64,000 nt of DNA from NCBI GenBank assembly GCA_016699445.1, contig CP064976.1:1449125-1513124 (forward strand), in the 5' to 3' direction. This document shows positions 1 to 10,213 of the stretch, one piece after another. The notes under the pieces are model-generated. The model had not been told where the DNA came from and made no database searches. It saw nothing but the letters and a program-made list of their open reading frames with translations. A program made the translations under genes and the position numbers. This DNA is from Deltaproteobacteria bacterium (GTDB lineage: Bacteria > UBA10199 > JACPAL01 > GCA-016699445). Within the stretch, counting starts at the first letter, position 1. Each line of letters opens with the position of its first letter.

Positions 1-82
1 GAGTTTTAGAGGTGCCCACTAATAAAAAAACAAATCTCTAAAAAAATATATATAATTTAAGCATTCAGCATGCATTAAAACC

Positions 83-1591
83 TTGTACTCCTCACGGAAA
101 CCCCCTAGCAGCGCCAGTCATATGACAACGACATTACAAAATACCCTGACTTTTCAGGGTTTGGGTCTTTCAGACCATATTCTCAATGCATTGGATCGGC
201 TTCAGTTTAAGTCTCCAACGCCGATTCAGCATCAGTCACTGCCCGCAGCGATTGAAGGAAAAGATTTGATTGGAATCGCTCAAACGGGAACAGGTAAAAC
301 TCTCGCGTTTGGACTTCCCATGATTCAGCGTTTATCGGCTATCCAAGGAAAGTCTCTCGTACTTTTGCCCACACGTGAATTAGCATTGCAGGTCGCTCAA
401 GCTCTGCAACCTTTTCTCAGAAGTTATAATATGAAAACAGCCACATTAATCGGTGGCGAAAATTTTGGACTTCAATTGCGTGCCCTGCGTGAGAAGCCCC
501 GGATCATCATCGGGACTCCGGGTCGTGTGATGGATCATATTGAGCAAAAGACCATTCGTTTTGATGACACAAGAATTCTCGTGCTCGATGAAGCCGATCG
601 CATGTTGGATATGGGGTTTGCGCCTCAGATCAATGAGATTTTAAGACATGTCCCCAAAGAAAAGCAGACACTTCTTTTTTCGGCGACGATGCCTCCGGAC
701 ATTGTCAAGATCGCGGCGAATCACATGAAAATTCCTGTGCGTATCGAAGTGGCTCCTGCAGGAACGACAGCTGATAAAGTCGAACAAGAAATTATTTTTA
801 TGAATCGTGATGTGAAGGTGATTGTATTGGAATCGGTGGTTCGACAATCAACAGGTCCCGTATTGGTGTTTTCGCGTACCAAGCGTGGAGCGAAGAAAAT
901 TTGCCAAACGCTCAATCGCTTAGGTCATCACGCTGCTGAAATTCATGCTGATCGATCTCTTAATCAACGCAAAGAAGCCTTGGCAGGTTTTAAGAGTGGG
1001 AAATACCGCATCTTGGTAGCGACTGATATCGCAGCTCGCGGAATCGATGTGAACAATATCGAGCTGGTGGTGAATTTCGACCTCCCAGAAAATGCTGAAG
1101 ATTATGTGCATCGTATTGGTCGTACGGGCCGTGCAGGGAAGACAGGGAAGGCGATCTCTTTTGCGACACATGATCAAAAGAGCAATGTGCGATTGATCGA
1201 ACGGCTTATTCGAAAGACATTACGCATTGTTCCTGTGCCAGATCTTTCCAATTCTCCCAAAATTCCTCAGCCTTCAGCAGCTGAGTCGCGGGAAGATTCA
1301 CGACGTGACAGACCTCAAAGATCTTTTTCAAAACCTTCATCGGGTGGTGGTCGTGGGCGCTTTGATCGTTTTAAAAAAGACGGTCCTCGTTCTCGCACGG
1401 ATCGTCCTCGAGATGAGCGTTCCGGAAATCAATCGGCACGCCCATCCACACGTCCAGAGCGATCCCGATCAGATCGACCTTCAGCCAATCCAAATCCAAG
1501 AACGGATAGGGCCAGGCAAGATCGACGACAGGACCGACCGCAACGTATAGAACGTCCCAAAAATCCGGGTGGATCGATTAAACTATACTGA
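83..1591 (+). CDS. DEAD-box ATP-dependent RNA helicase with a long Arg/Ser/Asp-rich C-terminal tail
   Basis: Helicase motifs are present: Q-motif region, AQTGTGKT (Walker A), DEAD, SAT and HRIGRTGR. The last ~120 aa are low-complexity RS/RD/RP repeats. An alternative start at 122 (MTTTLQ) is possible. Confidence 0.9.
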   Translation: MYSSRKPPSSASHMTTTLQNTLTFQGLGLSDHILNALDRLQFKSPTPIQHQSLPAAIEGKDLIGIAQTGTGKTLAFGLPMIQRLSAIQGKSLVLLPTRELALQVAQALQPFLRSYNMKTATLIGGENFGLQLRALREKPRIIIGTPGRVMDHIEQKTIRFDDTRILVLDEADRMLDMGFAPQINEILRHVPKEKQTLLFSATMPPDIVKIAANHMKIPVRIEVAPAGTTADKVEQEIIFMNRDVKVIVLESVVRQSTGPVLVFSRTKRGAKKICQTLNRLGHHAAEIHADRSLNQRKEALAGFKSGKYRILVATDIAARGIDVNNIELVVNFDLPENAEDYVHRIGRTGRAGKTGKAISFATHDQKSNVRLIERLIRKTLRIVPVPDLSNSPKIPQPSAAESREDSRRDRPQRSFSKPSSGGGRGRFDRFKKDGPRSRTDRPRDERSGNQSARPSTRPERSRSDRPSANPNPRTDRARQDRRQDRPQRIERPKNPGGSIKLY

Positions 1592-1730
1592 GTCAGTGTG
1601 ATGTTTTCTCAAATATCTTTTTCACTCATACTTACTACCAAGTCCGCAGTTTAGACGACAGCGTGAGAGCGCTTTCTCTACGGACGACTGTACTAGAAGG
1701 GCGCAATGTGTAGACCAAATTAGCGCCCTG

Positions 1731-2747
1731 TCAGTAATCCTTCCTCATCAAAATCACTCCTGGAATCATCGGGAGCCAGAACGTAAACCCTCGTAGGATC
1801 AGAGTGGCCACAAGTGCAGTGCTGATGGGGATATGAGCTAGCGTAAGCATAGCAACAGAGCTGGATTCGAAGATGCCCAAACCTCCTGGGATGGGGCCTA
1901 AGGTTTCCACCACGTATGACATCATAAAACTCGCAAATAGCATGGGTAAAAAAGCGTCATACCCTAAAGCATGGAGGATGATGGTGAGCGTGGCTGTATC
2001 AAAAATAAAAACTCCCATCTGGAAAAAAATATTAGGGATGAGAATTTTAGGATGAACGGCCTGCTTGGGTGAGGCTGTATTGAGTACGGCCAAAAGTTTT
2101 TTGATAATAGAAAATCTTTCCAAATTTCTTTTCCATAGATTGTCTGTGGGGCGTGTCACGGCCCAGGCGGTAAACAAGATGAGACAGACAATGCACAAGA
2201 AAAAGAAAGCGATTTTTTGTACGAGCGAGCTCATTGAACTATGAGTCCATAAAATGCCAAGGCTTGCCATCACAGCGAGAGTGTACGCGGCATAGTAAGA
2301 ATAAAAATTAGCCAGCACTCCTGTGGTGGCTTTGGCTGGAGGGATATTTTGTTTGAGAAGTGAGCGTGTGATCAGAACAGTACCACCCACACCTCCGGTA
2401 GGAATCACTTGATCCACAAAAAGTTTTTTGACCCCCAGTTTCATCATAGAACGTATAGAAAGTCTTAAATCCAGATGATGCATAGTCCATCGCCACACGC
2501 AGGCTGAACAGATATAAGTGCAAAGTTGAAAAAAGAAGGCTAGGCTGATCCAGCGTGGATCCATAGTGCGAAAAGCTTCGACAACTTTTTTGCCTTCACC
2601 ATTATGGAGGGTGATGCCGATGACGAGGAATGTGAGGGCGATGAGTCCTGGAATATTGAGGAAAAATCGGGTCCACTTTCGAGGATTTTCTTGATCGATT
2701 GTCTGGGCCTGTGATGAGTCCATAAATTCAAAATAAATAACGATCAT
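1731..2747 (-). CDS. Integral membrane protein, flippase-like / lysylphosphatidylglycerol-synthase TM-domain family (UPF0104)
   Basis: Multi-pass hydrophobic 338 aa ORF with a GGVGGT-containing loop, typical of the LPG_synthase_TM family. The true start may be the internal Met (MDSSQ, ~2723). Confidence 0.55.
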   Translation of the reverse strand: MIVIYFEFMDSSQAQTIDQENPRKWTRFFLNIPGLIALTFLVIGITLHNGEGKKVVEAFRTMDPRWISLAFFFQLCTYICSACVWRWTMHHLDLRLSIRSMMKLGVKKLFVDQVIPTGGVGGTVLITRSLLKQNIPPAKATTGVLANFYSYYAAYTLAVMASLGILWTHSSMSSLVQKIAFFFLCIVCLILFTAWAVTRPTDNLWKRNLERFSIIKKLLAVLNTASPKQAVHPKILIPNIFFQMGVFIFDTATLTIILHALGYDAFLPMLFASFMMSYVVETLGPIPGGLGIFESSSVAMLTLAHIPISTALVATLILRGFTFWLPMIPGVILMRKDY

Positions 2748-3915
2748 GAATCTATTTCACAAACTTTGTCTGTATAGCCTTGTGGGTATTTTAGCAGGAT
2801 TGTCCTCGGCACTCTTAATATTGAGCCTTCAATATGTGACGGAGATTCGCCTAGCCCATGTCGAGCTTGTGTGGTTTTTGCCTGTCGCAGGATTTGTTTC
2901 AGGATGGATGTATACGCGATTTGGTAAAAATGTATCTTCAGGAAGTTCTCTGATTTTTGAGGAAATCCATGACCCCAAGCAGGCATTGCCACTCAGATTT
3001 GCCCCTCTTGTTTTTATCAATACCATTCTTACACACCTTTTTGGAGGCTCTGCAGGTCGAGAAGGGACGGCTGTCCAAATGGGTGCTTCTTTGGCAGATC
3101 AACTTTCTAAAGTCTTTAACTTAGCCAAAGAAGATCGACCCACACTTTTGAGAATGGGTTTGTCTGCGGCTTTTGGTTCTGCCTTGGGAGCCCCTTGGGC
3201 TGGGGCTTTGTTTGGTATGGAAGTCACCAAGCGTGGTCGTCTTTATTATCAAAAAATCTGGGAATGTATTTTTGCTTCATGGGTGGGGTACGGTGTGGCT
3301 CATGGAATATTATTATGGCTGCATGAACGTCCTGATTATCCTTCGATTGAAGTTGTGGATTATAATGTGAAAACAATTTTTTCGGTTTTGGTATTAGGTC
3401 TTATGACGGGTATTTGGGCACGATTATTTTCCAAAATGGTCCATTATTTGGAGCATTTTTTACAGAGAAAATTTTCATTAAGTTGGCAGATGTGTGTGGG
3501 GGGAGCTGTTCTTGTTCTTTTTTATAGTCTCTTTGGTCAACAGTATGCGGGATTGGGTATTCCAATGATTCAACAGTCTATTGATAAAAGTGTTTCCATT
3601 CAGACGCCATTTTTAAAAACGATCGCAACGGTTGTGACTGTGGGCAGCGGTTTTAAGGGAGGGGAGTTTGTTCCATTGGTTTTTATTGGGACTGGTTTGG
3701 GGAGTGCTTTGGCTGGTTGGTTGAAAGTGTCCGTACCTCTTTTGGCCTCATTAGGATTTGGGGCAGTCTTTGCAGGAGCGGCTAATGTGCCTCTGACATG
3801 CGCAGTACTCTTGATGGAAATTTTTGGGTCCAAGATAGGTATCTACGCGTTACTAGTATGCTACTTAAGTTATTTTGTTTCAGGAAGAAGAAGTATTTAT
3901 AAAGGTCAAAAGTAG
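2746..3915 (+). CDS. ClC-family voltage-gated chloride channel / H+-Cl- antiporter
   Basis: GGSAGREGTAVQMGAS, GSALGAPWAGALFGMEV and GEFVPLVFIGTGLGSA match the ClC selectivity-filter motifs (GSGIP-like, GREGT, GxFxP). About 10 TM helices. Confidence 0.85.
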   Translation: MNLFHKLCLYSLVGILAGLSSALLILSLQYVTEIRLAHVELVWFLPVAGFVSGWMYTRFGKNVSSGSSLIFEEIHDPKQALPLRFAPLVFINTILTHLFGGSAGREGTAVQMGASLADQLSKVFNLAKEDRPTLLRMGLSAAFGSALGAPWAGALFGMEVTKRGRLYYQKIWECIFASWVGYGVAHGILLWLHERPDYPSIEVVDYNVKTIFSVLVLGLMTGIWARLFSKMVHYLEHFLQRKFSLSWQMCVGGAVLVLFYSLFGQQYAGLGIPMIQQSIDKSVSIQTPFLKTIATVVTVGSGFKGGEFVPLVFIGTGLGSALAGWLKVSVPLLASLGFGAVFAGAANVPLTCAVLLMEIFGSKIGIYALLVCYLSYFVSGRRSIYKGQK

Positions 3916-3932
3916 ATCCATCTGTATATTCA

Positions 3933-4652
3933 TTAAAACATTTTTGGAAAATAAGCCCCAGTCTTTTTTTTATATTCCTGATAGTTTGGGAAAACAGACG
4001 TTAATTTTTTTTCTTCCAAATAGGCTCGGTAGCGTTGGAGGGGGATGAAAAGAAGGGTTAGAAAAATATTAAACCAAGAAGGAATCCACAAACACGATCC
4101 GATGGTGGTCAGTGTTTGGCCTATATATAAAGGGTGTCGGATATAACGATAAATCCCATTTTGAATCAGTCCTCGGGCCTGAATGACTATGCTGAAACAT
4201 GTTTTTAAATAATACAGACCAATAGCTAAAATAGTATTTCCAGCAATCAGCAAAATAACGGAGAGAATATGGGGATGCCCCATGTCAAAAGGATAAAACG
4301 GAGTAAAAATATTTTTTAAAAATGGAATATTTTGGATACGACTCCAATGACTCCAACCTGGAGACTCATAAATCAGATAAGAAAGTGAAGCGCAAAAGGG
4401 AGGAAAAAAACGTTCTGTCAAAGTCAAGGCGCGGGCGATGGGTGGTTTGCGGATGAGATAGCTGATAAAATAGAGCAAAAACGTCAGCATGATTAGAGAC
4501 CAATTGATATGAGCAAATAGGGTAAAAAGCTGAGGGTGATGTTGGTATTCCCGAATTCTGAGATCAATGCGGTAGAGGATATAAACAATAAAAAATAAAG
4601 CACCGGCTATTTTGAAAAAAGTTTCTCTATAAAGGCTGTTAAGAAATTTCAT
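3933..4652 (-). CDS. Membrane methyltransferase of the isoprenylcysteine carboxyl methyltransferase (ICMT)/phospholipid methyltransferase family
   Basis: C-terminal RHPLYIGQ...EEKKL...FPNYQEYKKKTGAYFP is the ICMT/PEMT signature. Several TM helices. Confidence 0.6.
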   Translation of the reverse strand: MKFLNSLYRETFFKIAGALFFIVYILYRIDLRIREYQHHPQLFTLFAHINWSLIMLTFLLYFISYLIRKPPIARALTLTERFFPPFCASLSYLIYESPGWSHWSRIQNIPFLKNIFTPFYPFDMGHPHILSVILLIAGNTILAIGLYYLKTCFSIVIQARGLIQNGIYRYIRHPLYIGQTLTTIGSCLWIPSWFNIFLTLLFIPLQRYRAYLEEKKLTSVFPNYQEYKKKTGAYFPKMF

Positions 4653-4909
4653 TTGGTGCTTTTCTTGTGTTTGCGCATGATTTGTTTTTTTTCATCCCGC
4701 GATAGTTTCTTGATAGCCGCCTCTCTTTTTAAAGCTTCTGATTTTGTGTCGTAGATTTCGTGGTAGAGAAGTTTTTTGAATCCAAATGCGCGTGTAAACT
4801 TAGCAGCTTTACCCGATTGGTGTTGCTGCATGCGTCTTTCTAAGTTGTTTGTGTACCCGGTGTAATATTTCCCGTCTGATGATTGGAGGATATAGACAAA
4901 ATGAGGCAC
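4649..4909 (-). CDS. GIY-YIG nuclease family protein
   Basis: FVYILQSSDGKYYTGYTNNLERRMQQH...KLLYHEIY...EALKREAAIKKLSR is a canonical GIY-YIG motif pair. Confidence 0.8.
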   Translation of the reverse strand: MPHFVYILQSSDGKYYTGYTNNLERRMQQHQSGKAAKFTRAFGFKKLLYHEIYDTKSEALKREAAIKKLSRDEKKQIMRKHKKSTK

Positions 4910-4917
4910 AAAAAGAT

Positions 4918-5103
4918 TTATTCTTCAGGCTCAGGAGGTGCTGGCTGATCGTGCTTTTCGACAAATTTTTTAATGTCTTCAATATGCTCAATCACAAGCT
5001 TGGCTTTCTTTAAACCAAACTGAAAAGGGTAACGATCTTCGGGTGTGTTTTTAAGGACAATCATGGGGTTGCCCTTGTACTCTGATTCTTCAACGATAGC
5101 CAT
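4918..5103 (-). CDS. Small acidic hypothetical protein (62 aa)
   Basis: ORF with an AAGGAG RBS 7 nt upstream of the ATG at 5103. The upstream part of the listed 74 aa ORF is probably not translated. No recognised domain. Confidence 0.4.
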   Translation of the reverse strand: MAIVEESEYKGNPMIVLKNTPEDRYPFQFGLKKAKLVIEHIEDIKKFVEKHDQPAPPEPEE

Positions 5104-5235
5104 TTCAAGCTCCTTAATTTTAGTTTTGCTAGAAAGCATCAAAAAGGCAGTCTTGTCATGAAAAAAATGGGGCTTACTTGGTAGACATTTTTTTCTTTTA
5201 ATTCTGAATATCTCTAGTAGAGGCGTCCATTCACT

Positions 5236-6046
5236 ATGAGCTCTAAAACAACCACATCTCTATATAAGACCGCGGGCTTTCTTTCCGAGAATCTCTGGGG
5301 TGTTCTTTCAGCTACGATACATAGTGCCGTCTCACGATTTTATACACGTCTTTATGAAACAAAATTGTCTCGCTATTTTATCGAACCCTATTGTGAATGG
5401 CAGTATCAGGATCGAAATCATCATTTAAAATTTCTTCCAGGCCGCAATAAATCTCGCTACGAATCCTTTCAGGATTTTTTTACGAGAGATTTTAAAGAAC
5501 CTCTCAAGATTACTTCAGAAGCTATCTGGCCTTGCGAAGGGGAAGTGTGTGATTATGAAGAGTCTATTTCGGAAAAACTCATCAATATTAAAGGTGATTT
5601 ACGTCCTATAAGGGCTATCTTTGGTGATACAGAGGGTCTGATCCCCTGATAATTACTATTTCACCAATATTTTTCTTCATAATAAAAATTATCATCACAT
5701 CCATGCCCCAGTGACAGGAAAAATTTTGAGGATGGAACGGATTCGTGGAAAACTTCTTCTCCTCCGTCCGCGTGCGTATCCAGGCCGTCCGTCTCTGCCA
5801 GCGATGCATAATGAACGTGTGAATGTGGATCTGGAAGATCTCCAAGGAAGACATTGGTTTTTGTCTATTGTGGGTGGGCCGGCTGTGGCGACAATTCAGA
5901 TGCTTCCAGAAATGCAAATCGGGAAGACAATTGAGATTGGGCAAAAGCTGGCAAGTTTTTATATGGGATCTACGTGTTGTATTGCTTCACCGATCAAGCC
6001 ACATACAAGTCTTCACCAGTCTGTTTCTGTCGGACAGCCTTTCTAA
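5236..6046 (+). pseudogene. psd: Second phosphatidylserine decarboxylase paralog interrupted by a +1 frameshift at ~5640
   Basis: The N-terminal part (ORF 5236..5649) has the FQDFFTR motif. The C-terminal part (frame 2, open from 5642) contains NYHHIHAP (compare DYHRFHFP in the intact psd at 36286..37146) and the FYMGSTCC (GST) motif. The frames join at a CCCC run. Confidence 0.6.
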
Positions 6047-6052
6047 GATTTT

Positions 6053-8162
6053 ATGAACACGCGAAAATTTTATTGGATGACAGGCCTTGTTTTACACAGC
6101 CTGATGTGGGTCTTCTTTTTCAGATTGGGCATTGATTTTCTCCAGAGTAGCCAAGACTCGTGGTACCAGCTAGCGCGCAATGAGTATTTTGATACTTTTA
6201 TCAAAGTGCAGTTGTCTCTATTGCCCTATTATCTGGCGATAGGCTTGCTTTTCTCTTTTTGTATCGAAAGGATTTTGGATTTTTTTCAAAAGCTCTGGCC
6301 ATCGTCGGGACTATTGAATCAAGGTTTTCGGTACACGATTGTCTTTACTTGGTTTTGGCTTTCTTGGGTGTCTCTTTCGTGGTTGAGTTATTATGCTAGC
6401 TGGTTGGTTCCTTTTTCAATGATGGAACAAAAATTGGGTTTTCGCATCACACATCATCAGCTAAAGATTTTATCCCCTCTGATTTATCTTAATTTTTTAT
6501 TCTTAATCAGTATCCCCATAGTTTCTTTGAAAAAATATTTTCATTTGATCACTTTAAAAAGAAGTCTGATTTTCTTTTTTTTAATCATCGGTATTTTAGG
6601 CTTAAAGTTTGGCCTTCCTTTTTTAAAAATTTCTCAGCATCCACAGACATCAACACAGCCCAATATTGTGATAATAGGTTCTGATGCTATGCGTGCTGAT
6701 CGTTTGGGTATTTATGGTTACTCACGACCAACGTCTCCTCATATCGATGCCATTGGTCGTGACGGGGTTGTGTGTGAGAGGATGTATGTCACAAGCCCTA
6801 GCACGAGTGAATCTCTCTTGTCCCTCATCACAGGACTCACACCTCGCGAGAGTGGGATCCGGTCGATTTTTTATGGGCCTGAAGATATTAAGCGCGTGAA
6901 AGAAAATCCGGGATTGTTCCGATTTTAAAACAAAAGGGCTACGCACAGTTGCTTTGGGTGATTGGTCTGGAAGTGATTTAGGGCGTTTGGCTGATTTTGA
7001 TTTGGCTGATGTTGAGCCTGAAATGAATTTTATCGATTATATCGACGAAGCGGCTCGTCGGATTCATCTGCCACTTTTGGCTTTTTTTGCTAACCCGCTC
7101 AATTCCTGGATAGCTCCTGATTTTGTAGGGCTACTCATTAGTAAACACACAGCCGAGTCGGCTCTTTCGATTGCTGAAAAAGAAATCGGTCAGGTATCAA
7201 AAATCGGCCAGCCACTTTTTATGTTTGTTTTTCTTTCGACGACCCATCTTCCATATGCGATTCCCGAAGGAGAACCTATTACTTTTGGTGATCCTAATTA
7301 CAAAGGTCTTCATGAACGACAGCTTAACTTTTCATCTCTGGATGCCATTTCAACAGCGGACTTAAGCCAAGAATTAAAAAATGATTCTCAAAGAATCAAA
7401 GATCTCTATGACAGCACTGTGTGGCGCTTTGATCAGCAAGTAGCGCGTATTGATACGGCTCTTAAGAAAAGTCATTTGAACAATACGATTTTTATCGTGC
7501 TGGCGGATCATGGGGAAGACCAGTGGGATCCGGGTGTGGGTTTGAGCCGGACTCTTCATGCGGGAGATCAGTCGATTCGTATTCCTTTTATTGTCCGGTG
7601 GCCGGATCATCTGAAGCCTCACAGGATTCAAAATTTGCTTCGAGCCACGGATGTGGTGCCGACTTTAGCGGATCTGGCAGATGCTACTGATGCTGCCAAT
7701 TTTGACAATTCTGAATGGAAAGAAAAGAGCTTTAAAAAACTTCTTGAAGGAGAAAGTCTGCCAGATGATCGCAGTGTTTTTATTGAGTCAGGAATTTCCT
7801 GGACGGGACCGACCTTGTATCCACCCGATGGGCCGCATTTGAGTTATCCCGGAGTGACAAGCTTGGCCGCTCCAGATCGCCGTATCGACTCGCAACTTCT
7901 CATCCCTCACGATAAATTGATGATGGTCATGAAAGCCAAAGATCGTGTTTTTATCCAAGGCCGTTATAAAGTGGCCTACCAACCTTTAAAAACAGGGCCA
8001 TTGGTGGATATGTGTGATCTGGAACAAGATCCGTGGTGTCAAAAAAGGCTTAAGCCTGACCCTCAATTGGCGCAAAAACTTAAAGCAGAAATCATGAAAG
8101 ATCCGGAAGAATTTTATTTAGCTTGGCCCCGAGAGGTTTTTGATCAGGGGTTTGCTCCATGA
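6053..8162 (+). CDS. Membrane-anchored sulfatase / alkaline-phosphatase-superfamily protein (LtaS/EptA-like), split by two closely spaced frameshifts at ~6880-6950
   Basis: Seven or more N-terminal TM helices. Then GSDAMRADRLG...SPSTSESLLSLITGLTP (sulfatase N-terminal metal-binding region with Ser/Thr in place of Cys). The second ORF continues with KGYrTVALGDW and LADHGED (sulfatase C-terminal motif). The intermediate frame 1 reads SGIVPILKQKGY, bridging the two ORFs. Confidence 0.6.
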
Positions 8163-8875
8163 AAAAATCTCTTTTTGTTTCTTCAGGAAAATATCTTCAG
8201 ATTAAAAATTTTGTAAAACCTGAGTTGTGTCAAAAATGGCAAAAACGTATTTTGTCGGATCGCAAATACTGGTCTCCAGGATTTAGTGGTTGGACATATG
8301 GTTTGGCTTGGTATGTTTTGATCGAACATGGAAATCTTCATCTCTATCATCATCAGGCGAAATCTTTGAATCAGCGGATTCAAAAATTACCTCAGTATCT
8401 TGAGGTGATGAAATCAGCGAGTCGTTATTTGGTAGGGCCTCAAGGGCAGAGAGATTTGCCCGTGCGTTCACGTGTGCAAAATTTGGGTCCGTATTGGTCT
8501 CTTTCTGGATTTCATATTAATCTAAATGCGGGTGATGGTGAGATTCATGCGGACTATGAAGGCCTGTCTCCATATCCCGAAATGCTTTTTCATTCGAAGA
8601 CACGGGCCTATAGTGCTGTGTTGAGTCTTTCAGTTCCCGATCAGGGTGGTGGTTTGTTTTTATGGGAGAAACGTCACCGAGCGGATCAGCCGATGAAATT
8701 GTCCAAAAAAGATAAACGGTATTTGAGCTATGAAGTAGGTGATCTCACTCTCTTTGATAGTTTTCTCTATCATCAAGTGGAAGGTTCGAAATCTAAAAAG
8801 AATTTTCGCATCACGGCTGTCATGCATTTCCTGTATCGTGAAAAACCTTATCCGCATTGGGAGTATTGGTTTTGA
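8159..8875 (+). CDS. Hypothetical protein, possible 2OG-Fe(II) oxygenase fold
   Basis: Spacing of H-x-D (GEIHADYEG), a distal His (FLYHQVEG) and Arg (RITAVMHF) resembles the HxD...H...R facial triad plus 2OG-binding Arg. Weak. Confidence 0.35.
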   Translation: MKKSLFVSSGKYLQIKNFVKPELCQKWQKRILSDRKYWSPGFSGWTYGLAWYVLIEHGNLHLYHHQAKSLNQRIQKLPQYLEVMKSASRYLVGPQGQRDLPVRSRVQNLGPYWSLSGFHINLNAGDGEIHADYEGLSPYPEMLFHSKTRAYSAVLSLSVPDQGGGLFLWEKRHRADQPMKLSKKDKRYLSYEVGDLTLFDSFLYHQVEGSKSKKNFRITAVMHFLYREKPYPHWEYWF

Positions 8876-8889
8876 AAACCTCACAGCTC

Positions 8890-9684
8890 ATGCCGGTTTT
8901 ATTTTTAGGTCATGGAAATCCCATGAACGCGATTCAAAAAAATCCTTTTACCCATATGTTGAAAGAGTTGGGTGTAAATATTCCAACACCTCGTTTGATT
9001 TTGTGTATCTCGGCGCATTGGATGACTCAGAGTACGTGGTTGACCCACATGCCAAAGCCTAAAACCATCCATGATTTTTCTGGTTTTCCTCAAGAGCTTT
9101 TTAATGTTGAATACCCAGCTCCCGGCAGTCCTCACGATGCGGAAAAAATCCAATCATTAATAACTGAAGCGAGTAGAGGTAGCGAAATTAGAAATTTATC
9201 CCTTCAGCTTGATGATCATCATTGGGGTTTAGATCATGGGACTTGGTCACTTCTTGTCCATATGTACCCACAAGCGACAATTCCCGTCATACAACTCAGT
9301 CTCGATCTTTCAAAGCCACCTGAGTTTCATTATCAGTTAGGACAACATTTAAGTGTTTTGAGAGAGCAGGGTGTTTTAATTATTGGCAGTGGAAACATTG
9401 TCCACAACCTCCGCATGATTAAATGGGAAGAAAACGCCGAGCCGTATGACTGGGCCATCGAGTTTGATCAGTGGGTGAAAGAAAAAATTTTAAAACGAGA
9501 TGATCTATCTCTTATCTCTGACGCTACGTCTTCCAAGTCAGGCCAACTGAGTATCCCCACTCCCGATCATTGGTACCCACTTCTCTATGCCCTGGGAGCC
9601 TCCCGAAAAACCGATGAAATCCATTTTGATTACGAAGCAATCGATCATGGCTCCATCGCAATGCGATGCGTGCGTTGGAAATAA
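8890..9684 (+). CDS. ygiD: Class III extradiol ring-cleavage dioxygenase, YgiD / 4,5-DOPA-dioxygenase family
   Basis: MPVLFLGHGNPMN...ISAHW...GLDHGTWSLLVHMYPQATIPVIQLSLD matches the YgiD family closely. Confidence 0.8.
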   Translation: MPVLFLGHGNPMNAIQKNPFTHMLKELGVNIPTPRLILCISAHWMTQSTWLTHMPKPKTIHDFSGFPQELFNVEYPAPGSPHDAEKIQSLITEASRGSEIRNLSLQLDDHHWGLDHGTWSLLVHMYPQATIPVIQLSLDLSKPPEFHYQLGQHLSVLREQGVLIIGSGNIVHNLRMIKWEENAEPYDWAIEFDQWVKEKILKRDDLSLISDATSSKSGQLSIPTPDHWYPLLYALGASRKTDEIHFDYEAIDHGSIAMRCVRWK

Positions 9685-9697
9685 AAAGGAAATAAAA

Positions 9698-10171
9698 ATG
9701 AAAAATTCAATTCGATCCGTCTTAGGGTTTTTAGGCTGGCTGGCTCTCTGTTTCGCTGCCGCCACTACAGGAATGATTTTTCCGACAGGTGAGTGGTACG
9801 CCCAACTCCAAAAGCCTACATGGAATCCACCCAATCAAATTTTCCCCATCATGTGGACGCTACTTTATCTCTTGATGGCCTTTGCAGCCTGGCGCGTGTG
9901 GAAAATCCACGGCTTCCAAAAAGCACGCTTGGCCTTAACTCTTTTTCTCATCCAGCTGGCTCTGAACACTTTATGGACCCCGCTCTTTTTCGGCTACCAC
10001 CATATGGGCTTAGCCTTTATCGACATTGTCCTGATGATAATTGCCGTGGCTGTCACAATCGTGTCCTTCAAACCCAAAGACAAAATCGCTGCCTTCATGC
10101 TCATCCCATATCTCGCGTGGATTTCTTTTGCTTCAGTATTGAATTGGACTCTTTGGAGATTGAATCAGTGA
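9698..10171 (+). CDS. tspO: TspO/MBR tryptophan-rich sensory protein
   Basis: Five TM helices with Trp-rich loops (WYAQLQKPTWNPPNQIFPIMWTLLY...LNTLWTPLFFG...LNWTLW). Start chosen at the ATG with an upstream AAGGAAA. Confidence 0.85.
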   Translation: MKNSIRSVLGFLGWLALCFAAATTGMIFPTGEWYAQLQKPTWNPPNQIFPIMWTLLYLLMAFAAWRVWKIHGFQKARLALTLFLIQLALNTLWTPLFFGYHHMGLAFIDIVLMIIAVAVTIVSFKPKDKIAAFMLIPYLAWISFASVLNWTLWRLNQ

Positions 10172-10213
10172 TGAAAATATTTTTCTCATTTATTTTTCAC
10201 ACCTATTTTCCCT

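Noticed and set aside
641-1550. Several 60-107 aa ORFs inside or antisense to the DEAD-box helicase gene
   Set aside because: They are nested in a well-supported conserved gene, with no RBS and no conservation signal. The RS-tail repeats create open alternative frames.
5236-6046. Possibility of programmed +1 ribosomal frameshifting in the psd paralog
   Set aside because: The same kind of homopolymer-associated break occurs in at least ten unrelated genes including pgk. Sequencing error is the parsimonious explanation.
5615-6056. ORFs 5615..5944(-) and 5823..6056(+)
   Set aside because: They overlap the C-terminal half of the psd paralog, whose frame-2 translation carries the conserved YHHIHAP/GST motifs. 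These are out-of-frame or antisense artefacts.
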